From: a virus
IMG/VR virus record: IMGVR_UViG_3300035670_000067
Span: 46,385 to 110,384 of that record
Length of the DNA stretch: 64,000 nucleotides
Direction: 5' to 3' (one strand)
The notes under the pieces were generated by a model. The model saw only the letters and a list, made by a program, of their open reading frames with translations. It searched no databases and was not told where the DNA came from. The position numbers and the translations under genes were made by a program. Within the stretch, counting starts at the first letter, position 1; each line of letters opens with the position of its first letter. Shown here piece after piece: positions 20,508-29,768 of the stretch.

Positions 20508-20665
20508 CGGAATTTTCTAAGCTCCGGAGCCGCAGACGGGTCTGGAATCCATATTATATATTGCGGTTTACAATGCGGCATTGTACATTGCGATTGTAAA
20601 TCGTGAATCGCAGTGTCACATACAAAAAGAAAAACCGGAATGGCAACTTGCCATTCCGGTTTTTT
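20508..20665. repeat. 160-bp dispersed repeat copy 3
   Basis: Same body; terminator stem altered but still paired (ccggaatggcaa/ttgccattccgg). Confidence 0.9.
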
Positions 20666-20666
20666 A

Positions 20667-20969
20667 TTACCTTACGCAAATCTGATTGTCGTCTAGGTAT
20701 ACGACAATTTCAATATCAGATTCTATGTCGCCAACGTATACCGGTTCCGGCGCGTTATGCCGTATTGCGAATTGCAATAGCATAGCGGCAAAACATTGCA
20801 TATCGTGAACTACTCTTTCAGATTGCGAAAAACGTGCACGATTGTCAAATGTCCATCGTGCACATTCTTCTTCAATCGCCTCAGCAAATGTTTCGCCGTC
20901 AAGTGTCACATTGAAGATTAGAATTTGCTCTTGCTCTTCACAAACCCGCACCTTGCAAGCCGTTCCCAT
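20667..20969 (-). CDS. early hypothetical protein
   Basis: Third gene of a promoter-terminator cassette; AAGGA RBS. Confidence 0.6.
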   Translation of the reverse strand: MGTACKVRVCEEQEQILIFNVTLDGETFAEAIEEECARWTFDNRARFSQSERVVHDMQCFAAMLLQFAIRHNAPEPVYVGDIESDIEIVVYLDDNQICVR

Positions 20970-20970
20970 G

Positions 20971-21204
20971 TTACGATTCCTTATTTGTGATTTGTGATTC
21001 CATAAGCATATTGCACATTTGCATAATAGCTTCCATTGCCGTATTGTAGTATCGGCAGAATTTATCGTGATCTACGTTTCCCGGTAGCCCCAAGGCATCC
21101 GGCCCATTAGTGTCATTTACGACACTAATAGTTTTATTGCAAGTTACGATACACGATTCGTTGTTGGTATCGTCAATGTAAAATTCGGCTATGGTATTGA
21201 ACAT
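20971..21204 (-). CDS. early hypothetical protein
   Basis: Middle gene of cassette. Confidence 0.55.
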   Translation of the reverse strand: MFNTIAEFYIDDTNNESCIVTCNKTISVVNDTNGPDALGLPGNVDHDKFCRYYNTAMEAIMQMCNMLMESQITNKES

Positions 21205-21210
21205 TGCTAT

Positions 21211-21432
21211 TTACTCTTTGGCTTCGTCAATCATATCACGCATGGCGGCCAATGCGCCAAGCGCGATTGACAATTGCGTACCGAATTCCTCGCGATTCAC
21301 GCTTGCCGGCAATCCTGCAATGCGAAATCCGGGACAACAAAACATAACCGTGATTTGCGATTCACGGTCAAACGACACCGTAGCGGTGTCGTCCTCGATT
21401 TCGTTGACCTCATACTTGTGCTGCTCAAACAT
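21211..21432 (-). CDS. early hypothetical protein
   Basis: AACCGAAAGG leader with promoter upstream. Confidence 0.65.
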   Translation of the reverse strand: MFEQHKYEVNEIEDDTATVSFDRESQITVMFCCPGFRIAGLPASVNREEFGTQLSIALGALAAMRDMIDEAKE

Positions 21433-21459
21433 AGTGTGCCCCTTTCGGTTAGGTACTAT

Positions 21460-21487
21460 ACCATAGCTTCGCCGTAGTGTAGCGCAA
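21460..21487 (-). promoter_or_regulatory. promoter TTGCGC-N16-TATGGT
   Basis: 16-bp-spacer family. Confidence 0.65.
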
Positions 21488-21892
21488 GCAATCCCAGCAA
21501 TGTATTTTGTGGCGTATTACAATACCAAATACTGAATCTGTAATCTGTAACCCGCTACCATCTGCTGATCTATAATCGTAACTTAATCTACTGAATCACG
21601 ATCGCAGTGGGGGATCGTGATTCAACAGTTACTCTTATGATTCCTGATCGTGAGTCGCACCCGTACCGTCCAAGGCACTCCCCCTGTATTCACACCCTGA
21701 TCCTCTTTCTATAACTATAATCTTAGATCACAACACTAAATGGTGGTTTGCGCTCACTGATCAATTATTGGCTCCCACTCCCTAATCGTTGATCTATATA
21801 TATACGATCAAGATTCACCGTTCAATATCATATATAATGATCTTCTTCCATTCTGGATCGTATTTCTGTATTCGCCATCCGCCTCATGCCCC

Positions 21893-21922
21893 AAAAAGAA
21901 GTGGCGCGGGTACCCGCGCCAC
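21893..21922 (-). terminator. intrinsic terminator
   Basis: gtggcgcggg/cccgcgccac stem plus U tract. Confidence 0.85.
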
Positions 21923-21928
21923 TACCGT

Positions 21929-22249
21929 TTACCGGCAGTTTTGCTGCTCGCAGTAAGCCGTCCCGCGATGCTCCCACTCGCTCGACTTCTGGAACCGCAC
22001 CTTGCCGTGCGGCTTACGGAATCCGCTACCGTTCGCGTGGCACCGGATAGCGGCGATTCGCGGCATGTTGGCCGGGGCGATATCGTGGCCGGTCGCTTCC
22101 GTCTGTTCCAGGCACACTTCCCGGAGGTCAAACGGCCTGCCATCCACGAACACCAGCTTGGGCTTCCAGCCGGTAATGAATCCGGTGGCTTGCAGTGCCA
22201 TCAGTGCCCCGGCATCCTTGTAAACCTTTACGTGCTGACCGAGTTCCAT
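21929..22249 (-). CDS. early protein, paralog of 41221..41562
   Basis: Shared LGQ.V.V and PAN.PRI..IRC.ANG.GF..PH.K..F.KSS.WEHRG. Confidence 0.8.
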   Translation of the reverse strand: MELGQHVKVYKDAGALMALQATGFITGWKPKLVFVDGRPFDLREVCLEQTEATGHDIAPANMPRIAAIRCHANGSGFRKPHGKVRFQKSSEWEHRGTAYCEQQNCR

Positions 22250-22296
22250 GTGAGTCTCTCCTTTTGGGTTGGTGCGGCGTTTTTGCCGCTACCAGT

Positions 22297-22324
22297 ACAA
22301 TAGCCCTAGCCAGCATTGGAACAA
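22297..22324 (-). promoter_or_regulatory. promoter TTGTTC-N16-TATTGT
   Basis: 16-bp-spacer family. Confidence 0.55.
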
Positions 22325-22577
22325 GTGGGTAGAAGTTTTTGTTTTTGTCTTGTTTTCTTGGAGAGTCGCGGCCTCCCCGCCCCGATCCCGATTCATATCT
22401 TATTATCTTGATAACTCCCCTTGCCCCTCCGCCCCGATCCCGATTCATGTAATCTGAATACGATCGTTGGATATCCAAGGAATCTCAATACGAATCTTCA
22501 ATAGATCGCAATATATAGGGATGATCGCGAATCCACGCAATATATGGCGAATCCGCAATATAGATCCGCTCACAATA

Positions 22578-22690
22578 TAAAAGAAAATGGCGGAGGTCAC
22601 TCGCTGACACAGCGCGACCTCCGCCACCAACCGAAAGGAGTCCGAACATGAGCATGGATATGGAGAGGACGTATTAGGCCCTCCCCATAT
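22578..22690 (-). ncRNA. candidate 3'-UTR sRNA antisense to the early-gene leader
   Basis: Hairpin 22658-22690, single-stranded CAUGUUCGGACUCCUUUCGGUUGG, then terminator hairpin 22589-22626 and U tract. Confidence 0.4.
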
Positions 22691-22695
22691 AAGAA

Positions 22696-22905
22696 CTAAC
22701 AAAACAGAATGGCTACCGGCATGTTTTCCGTGAGGTTTGTACCTCCGGTCATGACCACGTTACGCGGCATTGTGATTTCCACGATGACCTTGTGCGTGGC
22801 CACCATGTATCCATTCTGTGAAGGCATCAGCTTGCCTACGAATCTCAGGCTGTTGTGGTCCAGCCGAACGTCCACGGTCTTGTTGATAAATGATAGCAGA
22901 CTCAT
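22696..22905 (-). CDS. early hypothetical protein
   Basis: GAGG RBS before MSLLSF. Confidence 0.6.
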   Translation of the reverse strand: MSLLSFINKTVDVRLDHNSLRFVGKLMPSQNGYMVATHKVIVEITMPRNVVMTGGTNLTENMPVAILFC

Positions 22906-22913
22906 GTGAACCT

Positions 22914-23186
22914 CTACTTGAAGTTGGCGATCTTGCGCCAGGCATTCGGGCCGAGGCCGTTGATAAGCTCCTGGAACAGCCACAAGCCGTTGACCAGAGC
23001 GTAGCAGTGGCCGGTGTCCGTGAACACCCAGTAGACCTTGTTCTCGAACACCCGGCCAATCTCGTCGTAGAGTCCCTCGTCTTTGGTAAGCCGAACGTCA
23101 GCCCGCTTGGCCTTTTTCAGCGTCAGGCTAACCTGGACCTTTTCTGCAGCCCTGATTGCATCGGCTGCCCACTGTGGGATTTCCAT
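22914..23186 (-). CDS. early hypothetical protein
   Basis: CAACCGAAAGG leader and promoter. Confidence 0.7.
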   Translation of the reverse strand: MEIPQWAADAIRAAEKVQVSLTLKKAKRADVRLTKDEGLYDEIGRVFENKVYWVFTDTGHCYALVNGLWLFQELINGLGPNAWRKIANFK

Positions 23187-23240
23187 GTTACTGCCCTTTC
23201 GGTTGAGCATAGGCGCGGCACCATTGCCTTGCCTGCCCTT

Positions 23241-23268
23241 ATTATAGGCCGCCACGCTTATCATGCAA
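23241..23268 (-). promoter_or_regulatory. promoter TTGCAT-N16-TATAAT
   Basis: Consensus -10. Confidence 0.8.
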
Positions 23269-23505
23269 GCGGCCAGATAAACTCTTTATTGTCTGGTTTT
23301 TCTGGTAGATCCGGCCTATTATCTGCCGTTGTGGCCAGTGTACCCTATAAGATTACCCTGTAGGACGCATTTTAGAGCCCTCTAGATGTACCCTGTTTGC
23401 TGGCCTAGCCTACCATGGGCAACTAGTTTTGTGTGCTCAAAACACGGTCACAACGCATCCGCGGCCGGCGCAGGATCCAGATTCACCGTCCATTTCCTCA
23501 ACAAA

Positions 23506-23533
23506 TAAAAAGGCCCGGAGTGAATCCGGGCCG
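23506..23533 (-). terminator. intrinsic terminator
   Basis: ggcccgga/tccgggcc stem plus U tract. Confidence 0.8.
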
Positions 23534-23537
23534 GTTG

Positions 23538-23759
23538 TCAGACGTGCATGACCTGTCGCATATGGCCGTACAATCCGGTCAGGCCACAGTAGACCTCGCT
23601 GACGTCGCCGTTTGCCAGTGCCGTTTTCGCGTATTCCAGGAACGGCTTGCACCCGTCGTCCCTGAGCTGCGTCGCCAGAAGCTCGGCGTTGGCGACGTCC
23701 TTCTGGGCCTCCGAAATCGTGGGCGGGGTGATGTCAACCTTGTACGTTGCGAATTCCAT
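23538..23759 (-). CDS. early hypothetical protein
   Basis: AAGGAGG RBS; terminator downstream. Confidence 0.7.
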   Translation of the reverse strand: MEFATYKVDITPPTISEAQKDVANAELLATQLRDDGCKPFLEYAKTALANGDVSEVYCGLTGLYGHMRQVMHV

Positions 23760-23761
23760 GG

Positions 23762-23899
23762 TCAGTCCTCCTTGTTGCTGGGGCCGGGCCGCTTGATTCC
23801 GGCGGCATCATCGTCCTTGTCAATCATGCCGGCCCAGATTACGCCGCCGCCCCAGATCAGAGCGCACAGGATTAGCAAGCAGTACCACAGAGAAGACAT
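23762..23899 (-). CDS. 45-aa membrane protein (not in the ORF track)
   Basis: GGAGG RBS; MSSLWYCLLILCALIWGGGVIWAG... Confidence 0.6.
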   Translation of the reverse strand: MSSLWYCLLILCALIWGGGVIWAGMIDKDDDAAGIKRPGPSNKED

Positions 23900-23949
23900 A
23901 CAGACCTCCATCGGTTGTTTGGGTAAGGCGTTTTGCCTTACCTGCCACT

Positions 23950-23977
23950 ACTATAGGTGCGGCCAGTATTGGAACAA
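23950..23977 (-). promoter_or_regulatory. promoter TTGTTC-N16-TATAGT
   Basis: 16-bp-spacer family. Confidence 0.65.
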
Positions 23978-24793
23978 GTGGTTTGAATAAATCTGTTTGT
24001 CTTTATTATCGGTGTCCGGACCTCCGTCCCGATCCAGATTCACATTCTAGTATCGTATCCGGAGGCTCCGCTAGGATCGTGAATTGGGGTCCCCGAATGA
24101 TCCGGATTCAACCATACCGAAATAGGATCTTGATATTATAAGACGATTCCCGATCTTACTTCTATGTCGCGCATATATATTCAAGATCGTGAAATATATA
24201 ACTGATTCTAACTCTCTAGGATGCATCAGATCTTTGATCTGACAATCCTAGAAAGAAAAAGAAAAAATCTATAAAGCTACATTGTAACTTTGCACCATAC
24301 TATTATTTCACTATTTACAAATCACAATATCACATTTTACATTTTATTTTGCGGCAACTGGCAATACCACTATTTACAATACAGACTCCATATCTAGAAA
24401 CCAGAACATCTTCCCAGATCTCTTTTGTATAGCCCCCATTATATATGGCACACATACCCAACATATGGATTCATGATATCCGTATTCTAGAATCATCTTT
24501 ACTTTGTGCAACTGGCAATACGGCATTGTAGCAATCGGCAACTGGCATTGCGGCAAACTGCAATCGGCAACGCTACTTTGTGCAACTTTTTCTGTAAAAC
24601 AGACTCTAGATATCTGTGAAACCGAAACGGTATCTTTTTATGTAAACACGGGCGGGGCAATATGTTACGTCACAGAAAGAGTCGTTTTCTATGACCAGAT
24701 CCGGTCAAATTTGTGTATAAAAACGGTCTCAGATCTTTCAAAAACATGATCATGAATCCGTATTTGAAGTGGAATTCCTCTCCCATCCTAAAT

Positions 24794-24860
24794 ATTTCGG
24801 TAAACTTTTCTCACGATTCCGGTAATTTTTCTCACGATTTCGGTAACTTTTTACAGATCC
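24794..24860. repeat. three 21-22-bp iteron-like repeats
   Basis: cggtaa...ttttctcacga units at 24798, 24820 and 24841; tgtgtataa at 24712. Confidence 0.7.
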
Positions 24861-25119
24861 CCATCATTTTTTGTAATTTCTTTACAGATCTACAATCCCT
24901 TTGAAACTTCTTTACAATCCGACAAGATTACCGAAAGATCAGAGGTACTGTTACCCTATACCATACGCTCTCTCATCATATCATATCATCATATAGAAGT
25001 AGATATATGAGAGCCTATCTCTTTTGCTTTGTTTTTGTTGAGAGCCTCCCACCTCTTCCATATAGATAATCAGCAGAAACTAATTTGATTCTCTGATTTT
25101 TATAGGGCGGCCCGCCACT

Positions 25120-25317
25120 TCAGGAATCTAACAAAGAACATCCACATGCTGAACAAATCATTTCCTCAATATGATCATCAGAAGCGAATATAGGGTGAAT
25201 CTCATTTCCTTCTGAATCAACATCTTCATCCTCACTGATCTCCCACTTTTGCATAGCGCAATCAACACAATAGATGTCAGCATCTCCGGAATAACCAAGA
25301 ATAGTCCATGCTTTCAT
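25120..25317 (-). CDS. small CxxC/CxxC zinc-binding protein
   Basis: CVDC and CSAC motifs. Confidence 0.6.
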   Translation of the reverse strand: MKAWTILGYSGDADIYCVDCAMQKWEISEDEDVDSEGNEIHPIFASDDHIEEMICSACGCSLLDS

Positions 25318-25478
25318 TAGACATCTTTCTGAATTTCTTGCGCGAGATCGTTGATTGTTACATTAGCTTGATTTGCTATAATGGCGAGCTCCTGCATCGC
25401 CGAAATGTACTTATCTAGCGGCAGTTCAAAGAAACGCACCCGTACAGCATAGAACAGACAAAGGAGTTCTTCAGACAT
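25317..25478 (-). CDS. hypothetical protein
   Basis: MSEELL...; coupled at both ends. Confidence 0.45.
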   Translation of the reverse strand: MSEELLCLFYAVRVRFFELPLDKYISAMQELAIIANQANVTINDLAQEIQKDV

Positions 25479-26100
25479 AGGATTTCTCAGAACTGTTAAT
25501 CTGTTCTTCTCCACCGAAAATGCTTTGACCGCAAACCTGGCTTTCGCCGAAAACATGAACATTCCCAAAGATTCGAGCATATCCGTAGACATGAGCGTTA
25601 TCGTGGATGTGAGCATTTCCAGAAACATTCGCATTTTCAGAGATGCGAGCTTCCTCGTAGACCCAAGCATTACCGAAAATGCGAGCTTCGTTGAAAACCT
25701 GAGCGTAGCCCATGACGCAAGCCTTATCATTGATAAGAGTTGCATCATAGACACGCGCATAACCGAAGACACGAGCGTGACCGAAGACACGGACATAATC
25801 ATAAACGCGAGCGTGACCAAAGATTGCGGCTTGCTCAGAGATGCAAGCAGCATCTTGGACTATGGCATATTCATAGATGCGAGCGTTTCCGTAGATCTGA
25901 GCGTCGTTCATGACCCGAGCTTCTCCATAGACCTGAGCATTTTCGCGAACCCAGCAGTCGCCGTATTGACTAAGATTCCGTTCCGATTCGATCCACCCGC
26001 CGAGATCGCCAGCCTTGACGTCATCGAAATTATGCAACGCACGGATGCGGCGAAGCTTCGGAAAATCTGGGTGGGTTTCGTGAAGGATTTCGTACTTCAT
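25471..26100 (-). CDS. hexapeptide-repeat (left-handed beta-helix) protein, copy 1
   Basis: MKYEI...RIRAL..F..VKAGDLGGWIESERNLSQ head plus VxGxA repeats. Confidence 0.85.
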   Translation of the reverse strand: MKYEILHETHPDFPKLRRIRALHNFDDVKAGDLGGWIESERNLSQYGDCWVRENAQVYGEARVMNDAQIYGNARIYEYAIVQDAACISEQAAIFGHARVYDYVRVFGHARVFGYARVYDATLINDKACVMGYAQVFNEARIFGNAWVYEEARISENANVSGNAHIHDNAHVYGYARIFGNVHVFGESQVCGQSIFGGEEQINSSEKSYV

Positions 26101-26281
26101 TTTTGATTACCTTTCTGCTGAAGCTCTTGCTGAAGTTCTCGTTTCATATCTCGAAGACGCTGCATACCGTCTTTGTCATCTTCATGAGAAGCGGCGCAAA
26201 CTCGGTTTTTGGCAATCAAGTAAAACCAAGAATCTCCGCCACCAATCATCTTTGTGATTTTGATGTCTTCCATTGATTACC

Positions 26282-26557
26282 TCACTCGATGATGGTGGTA
26301 ACTTCGGGGATGCTTGCCGTGGTGTGAAGCAGATACCACTTGCCATTGTCAAACATGGCGTACACGGGAAGTTCTTCAACAAGGTTGAACTCGTAGAACA
26401 TGGCGCTCATGGTTGGCTTGATGTCGCTGGTTGCTGCGATGAGTTCTCGAATAGTGGCCGGATCATCCGCTGGCATACAATCCACAATGTCCGGGATAAG
26501 GTAGTGATACTGCTCGTGCTTCTGCAGCTTGTTCTTTGCCCATTTGATTACGTTCAT
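26282..26557 (-). CDS. early hypothetical protein
   Basis: AAGGAG RBS and promoter. Confidence 0.7.
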   Translation of the reverse strand: MNVIKWAKNKLQKHEQYHYLIPDIVDCMPADDPATIRELIAATSDIKPTMSAMFYEFNLVEELPVYAMFDNGKWYLLHTTASIPEVTTIIE

Positions 26558-26603
26558 TGTGAACTCCTTGTTTGTGTTGTGTAGCCTTTGTGCTACTGCC
26601 CTT

Positions 26604-26631
26604 ATTATAGCTGTTCTTGGCCTTCTTGCAA
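26604..26631 (-). promoter_or_regulatory. promoter TTGCAA-N16-TATAAT
   Basis: Consensus -10. Confidence 0.8.
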
Positions 26632-26818
26632 ACTACCGGATAAAGTCTTTGTTGTCTTGTTTCTACGGAAGAATCAGCCAATTTGTGTATGACCAGAATG
26701 TTCTTGCAATTTACTGATCAGTCTGTAGATCTTTCAACTAAAATGCGTTACGTTTGCTTGCTCTATTGGAGCCAGAGTTTAGTGGCCAATATAATCTAGT
26801 TGCGAGGAATCATTTAGA

Positions 26819-27286
26819 TTAATCCTTTACACTAAGATTTCCGGAGACCTGAGCGTTGCCGCAGACCTGAGCGTTGCCGCAGACCCGAGCGTTTTCGTGG
26901 ACACGAGCGTTGTCGAAGACCCAAGCGTTTCCGTAGACCCAAGCGTTTTCGCAGACATGAGCGTTTCCAGAGACCAGAGCGTTGCCGAAGACCCAAGCGT
27001 TTTCGCAGACACGAGCGTTTTCGCAGACACGAGCGTTGCCGAAGACCCAAGCGTTTCCGTAGACCCAAGCGCTGCCGGAGACCTGAGCGTCGTCGAAGAC
27101 CTGAGCGTTTCCGTAGACCTGAGCGTCTCCGTAGACCCAGCAGTCTCCGTACCGGCTAAGATTCCGTTCCGATTCGATCCAGCCACCGAGGTCGCCGGCC
27201 TTGACGTTACCGAAATCCTGCAACGCACGGATACGGTGAAGCTTCGGGTTGTCCGGGTGGACTTCGGTAGTGATTTCGTACTTCAT
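26819..27286 (-). CDS. hexapeptide-repeat protein, copy 2
   Basis: Same head; 18-nt tandem units. Confidence 0.85.
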   Translation of the reverse strand: MKYEITTEVHPDNPKLHRIRALQDFGNVKAGDLGGWIESERNLSRYGDCWVYGDAQVYGNAQVFDDAQVSGSAWVYGNAWVFGNARVCENARVCENAWVFGNALVSGNAHVCENAWVYGNAWVFDNARVHENARVCGNAQVCGNAQVSGNLSVKD

Positions 27287-27322
27287 TTCAGTTTACCTTT
27301 CCGGCTTGGTTTGCCTAACCGT

Positions 27323-27350
27323 ATTATAGCCTGTCGGCATTATCCTACAA
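27323..27350 (-). promoter_or_regulatory. promoter TTGTAG-N16-TATAAT
   Basis: Consensus -10. Confidence 0.75.
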
Positions 27351-27523
27351 GCTACTGGAAAATGTAATTTGTTTCTAATCTGTTGGATTGTTGCAGACCG
27401 TTCTAGACGCGTTTAGGCTGTTACTGGCGTACCAGTGTACCCGCCGCCCACTGAAGCTGTCTAGAGTGGTCTATAGCGTGTCTATTGGCATATCATATAG
27501 GGCTAGGCTATTGGCGGCACAGC

Positions 27524-28048
27524 CTACTGTCTTATAATCGTATTATCGCAAATGGTTGAGTCATCCTTAATTCTAGCAGTTCCACAGACTATTGCATTTT
27601 CATGTATTCTAACGTATCCACCGATAATGACTTGTTCGTAGACGTGTGCGTTATCGAAGATCTTAGCATTACCAGAAATCCACGCATCACCGTGTACTAT
27701 GGTATATCCATAGATTTCAGCATATTCTTGAATTAAAGCGCGTTCATAGATTCTTGCGCATCCATGAACAAGTGCATTATCTTGAACTACAGCATTCCCC
27801 CTAACAGAAGCATTTTGGAAGACTCTTGCAAAACTGAGAATCTTTGCATGGTCACTAACCTGAGCTCTGTCGTAGACTTGGGCATTTTCATAAACCCAGC
27901 AACTTCCGATCTGGCTAAGATTATATTCAGACTCGATCCAACCGCCATAATCTCCAGCCTTGACGTGCCCAAAATCCTTCAACGCGATAATGCGTCTAAG
28001 TTTCGTGTTGAGGGGGCAGATTTCCGGAGTTATCTTGTATTTGTCCAT
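27524..28048 (-). CDS. hexapeptide-repeat protein, copy 3 (diverged)
   Basis: KLRRIIALKDFGHVKAGDYGGWIESEYNLSQ. Confidence 0.8.
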   Translation of the reverse strand: MDKYKITPEICPLNTKLRRIIALKDFGHVKAGDYGGWIESEYNLSQIGSCWVYENAQVYDRAQVSDHAKILSFARVFQNASVRGNAVVQDNALVHGCARIYERALIQEYAEIYGYTIVHGDAWISGNAKIFDNAHVYEQVIIGGYVRIHENAIVCGTARIKDDSTICDNTIIRQ

Positions 28049-28049
28049 G

Positions 28050-28322
28050 TCACACCAGTGGGTGATATTTACATGTTCTACGTTCTGCTTCAGACGGAGG
28101 TTCGGGTAGATCAACCGAATCTTCCACTGGCATCCAAAATGTCACATCATTAGAAAGAAATCCTTCATTGTTGTAGAATTGATCAAGAACAACTTTCCCA
28201 CGTTTTGTTGTGCAGAACTGTCCCCTGTAGACCATGCCAAATACTTCAAACCAATAGAATACATGCTGGTATTCTTTCGGTTGTTCTTGGTCTATTCTAC
28301 GCCATTTGTTAGACATGTTCAT
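28050..28322 (-). CDS. DUF551-like protein
   Basis: WRRI..EQP...VTFWMP...LPEPP pattern. Confidence 0.55.
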   Translation of the reverse strand: MNMSNKWRRIDQEQPKEYQHVFYWFEVFGMVYRGQFCTTKRGKVVLDQFYNNEGFLSNDVTFWMPVEDSVDLPEPPSEAERRTCKYHPLV

Positions 28323-28323
28323 G

Positions 28324-28536
28324 TCATCCCTTGAAGTTGATTTTGCGTAGGATTCTCGCAGCGGCGAGCGTATCAATTCTCAACAATGCTGGAACTGATG
28401 ACAATTCATCGAACTCTGCCAACACGCATCCGGTTTGTGATTGAAATTTACATACGAGTTCACACGCTTCAGCGTGTTCTTTCATCTCGTATTCTCGGTT
28501 ACAGAGTTCACAGACATACAGATTCCTTTCGCGCAT
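28324..28536 (-). CDS. small zinc-finger protein
   Basis: YVCELC...AEACE. Confidence 0.5.
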   Translation of the reverse strand: MRERNLYVCELCNREYEMKEHAEACELVCKFQSQTGCVLAEFDELSSVPALLRIDTLAAARILRKINFKG

Positions 28537-28696
28537 GATGATACCTCTTCAGCTTTGTGCGAGTTTATACAATACCAAGATGATGAAAAATATGATAAAG
28601 CAACCTACGCAACCTTCGCCGCCACCGTCATGGTGATAGATATCAAGACGCATTGCTTATTCCTTTGTTACTTAAGGACCGACACTCAGATATCCA

Positions 28697-29179
28697 TTAG
28701 TCAGTGAAAATTCCTTCCAACAAATATTCCTTACTACAGACCCGAGCGTTTCCACAGACCCGAGCGTTACAGAAGACACAAGCGTTTTCGTAGACCCGAG
28801 CGTTTTCGTAGACCCGAGCGTCTCCGTAGACCCAAGCGTCTCCATAGACCCGAGCGTCTCCGTAGACCCGAGCGTCTCCGTAGACCCAAGCGTTTCCGTA
28901 GACCCAAGCGTTTCCCATGACCTGAGCGTTTTTGGAGACCTGAGCGTTTCCCATGACCTGAGCGTTTTTGGAGATCCGAGCCTCGTCGTAGACCTGAGCG
29001 TCTCCGTAGACCTGAGCGTCTCCGTAGACCCAGCAGTCTCCGTACTGGCTAAGATTCCGTTCCGATTTGATCCACCCGCCGAGGTCGCCAGCTTTGACGT
29101 CACCGAAATCCTTCAACGCACGGATACGGTGAAGCTTCGGATTGTCCGGGTGGGTTTCGGGAAGGATTTCGTACTTCAT
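28697..29179 (-). CDS. hexapeptide-repeat protein, copy 4
   Basis: Same head; leader nearly identical to copy 2. Confidence 0.85.
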   Translation of the reverse strand: MKYEILPETHPDNPKLHRIRALKDFGDVKAGDLGGWIKSERNLSQYGDCWVYGDAQVYGDAQVYDEARISKNAQVMGNAQVSKNAQVMGNAWVYGNAWVYGDARVYGDARVYGDAWVYGDARVYENARVYENACVFCNARVCGNARVCSKEYLLEGIFTD

Positions 29180-29217
29180 TTCGGTTTACCTTTCCGGCTT
29201 GGTTTGTTGCCAGTAGT

Positions 29218-29245
29218 GTTATACTGCTCAAACCATATCAAACAA
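29218..29245 (-). promoter_or_regulatory. promoter TTGTTT-N16-TATAAC
   Basis: 16-bp-spacer family. Confidence 0.6.
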
Positions 29246-29432
29246 GTAGCTTGAAAACACAAATAAACTCTCTTCTATTAGAACTATTACAGACCCTTCT
29301 AGACCGTTTGTTGTGCGCTACTAGTAGCCAAGTATGGCGGTACCGCTGACTTTTGTCTAGAGTGGTCCATAATAGGTCTGTTGGCTATTCTTAGGCTGGT
29401 TACACTAGGCAGCCCAGTAAACAGCCATGACA

Positions 29433-29726
29433 TCAGTCCATCTTGGAAATGTTCAACAACTTGTCAATTTCTTGACTGTTAGTGCGCATTTCGTCTCGTA
29501 TCTTATCCAGCAGGTTATCCTGGTGTTGGATTTCTTCGTTCAATTCAATTTTCTTATTGTTGATCGCTATGAATTTCTCATTCAAGTGAGTCTTCTCCTG
29601 AATGAGCTCGAGATAGGCACACAGGATATCTTGCGCACATTGAGGGCACAGCGTTCCAATATTCTGAATCTGAACATTCGGCATTGCGAATTCGGAAAGT
29701 TCGGCCTTACATTTAGCACAGTTCAT
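29433..29726 (-). CDS. zinc-ribbon/coiled-coil protein
   Basis: CAKC...CPQC; AAGGAG RBS. Confidence 0.6.
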   Translation of the reverse strand: MNCAKCKAELSEFAMPNVQIQNIGTLCPQCAQDILCAYLELIQEKTHLNEKFIAINNKKIELNEEIQHQDNLLDKIRDEMRTNSQEIDKLLNISKMD

Positions 29727-29768
29727 GATTGTCTCCTTAGTAGCTTGTGGACTGTTTTCGTTAGACTT

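Noticed and set aside
26827-27367. Alternative-frame and antisense repeat ORFs (STETLGS, VSVDPS types)
   Set aside because: By-products of the stop-free 18-nt repeats
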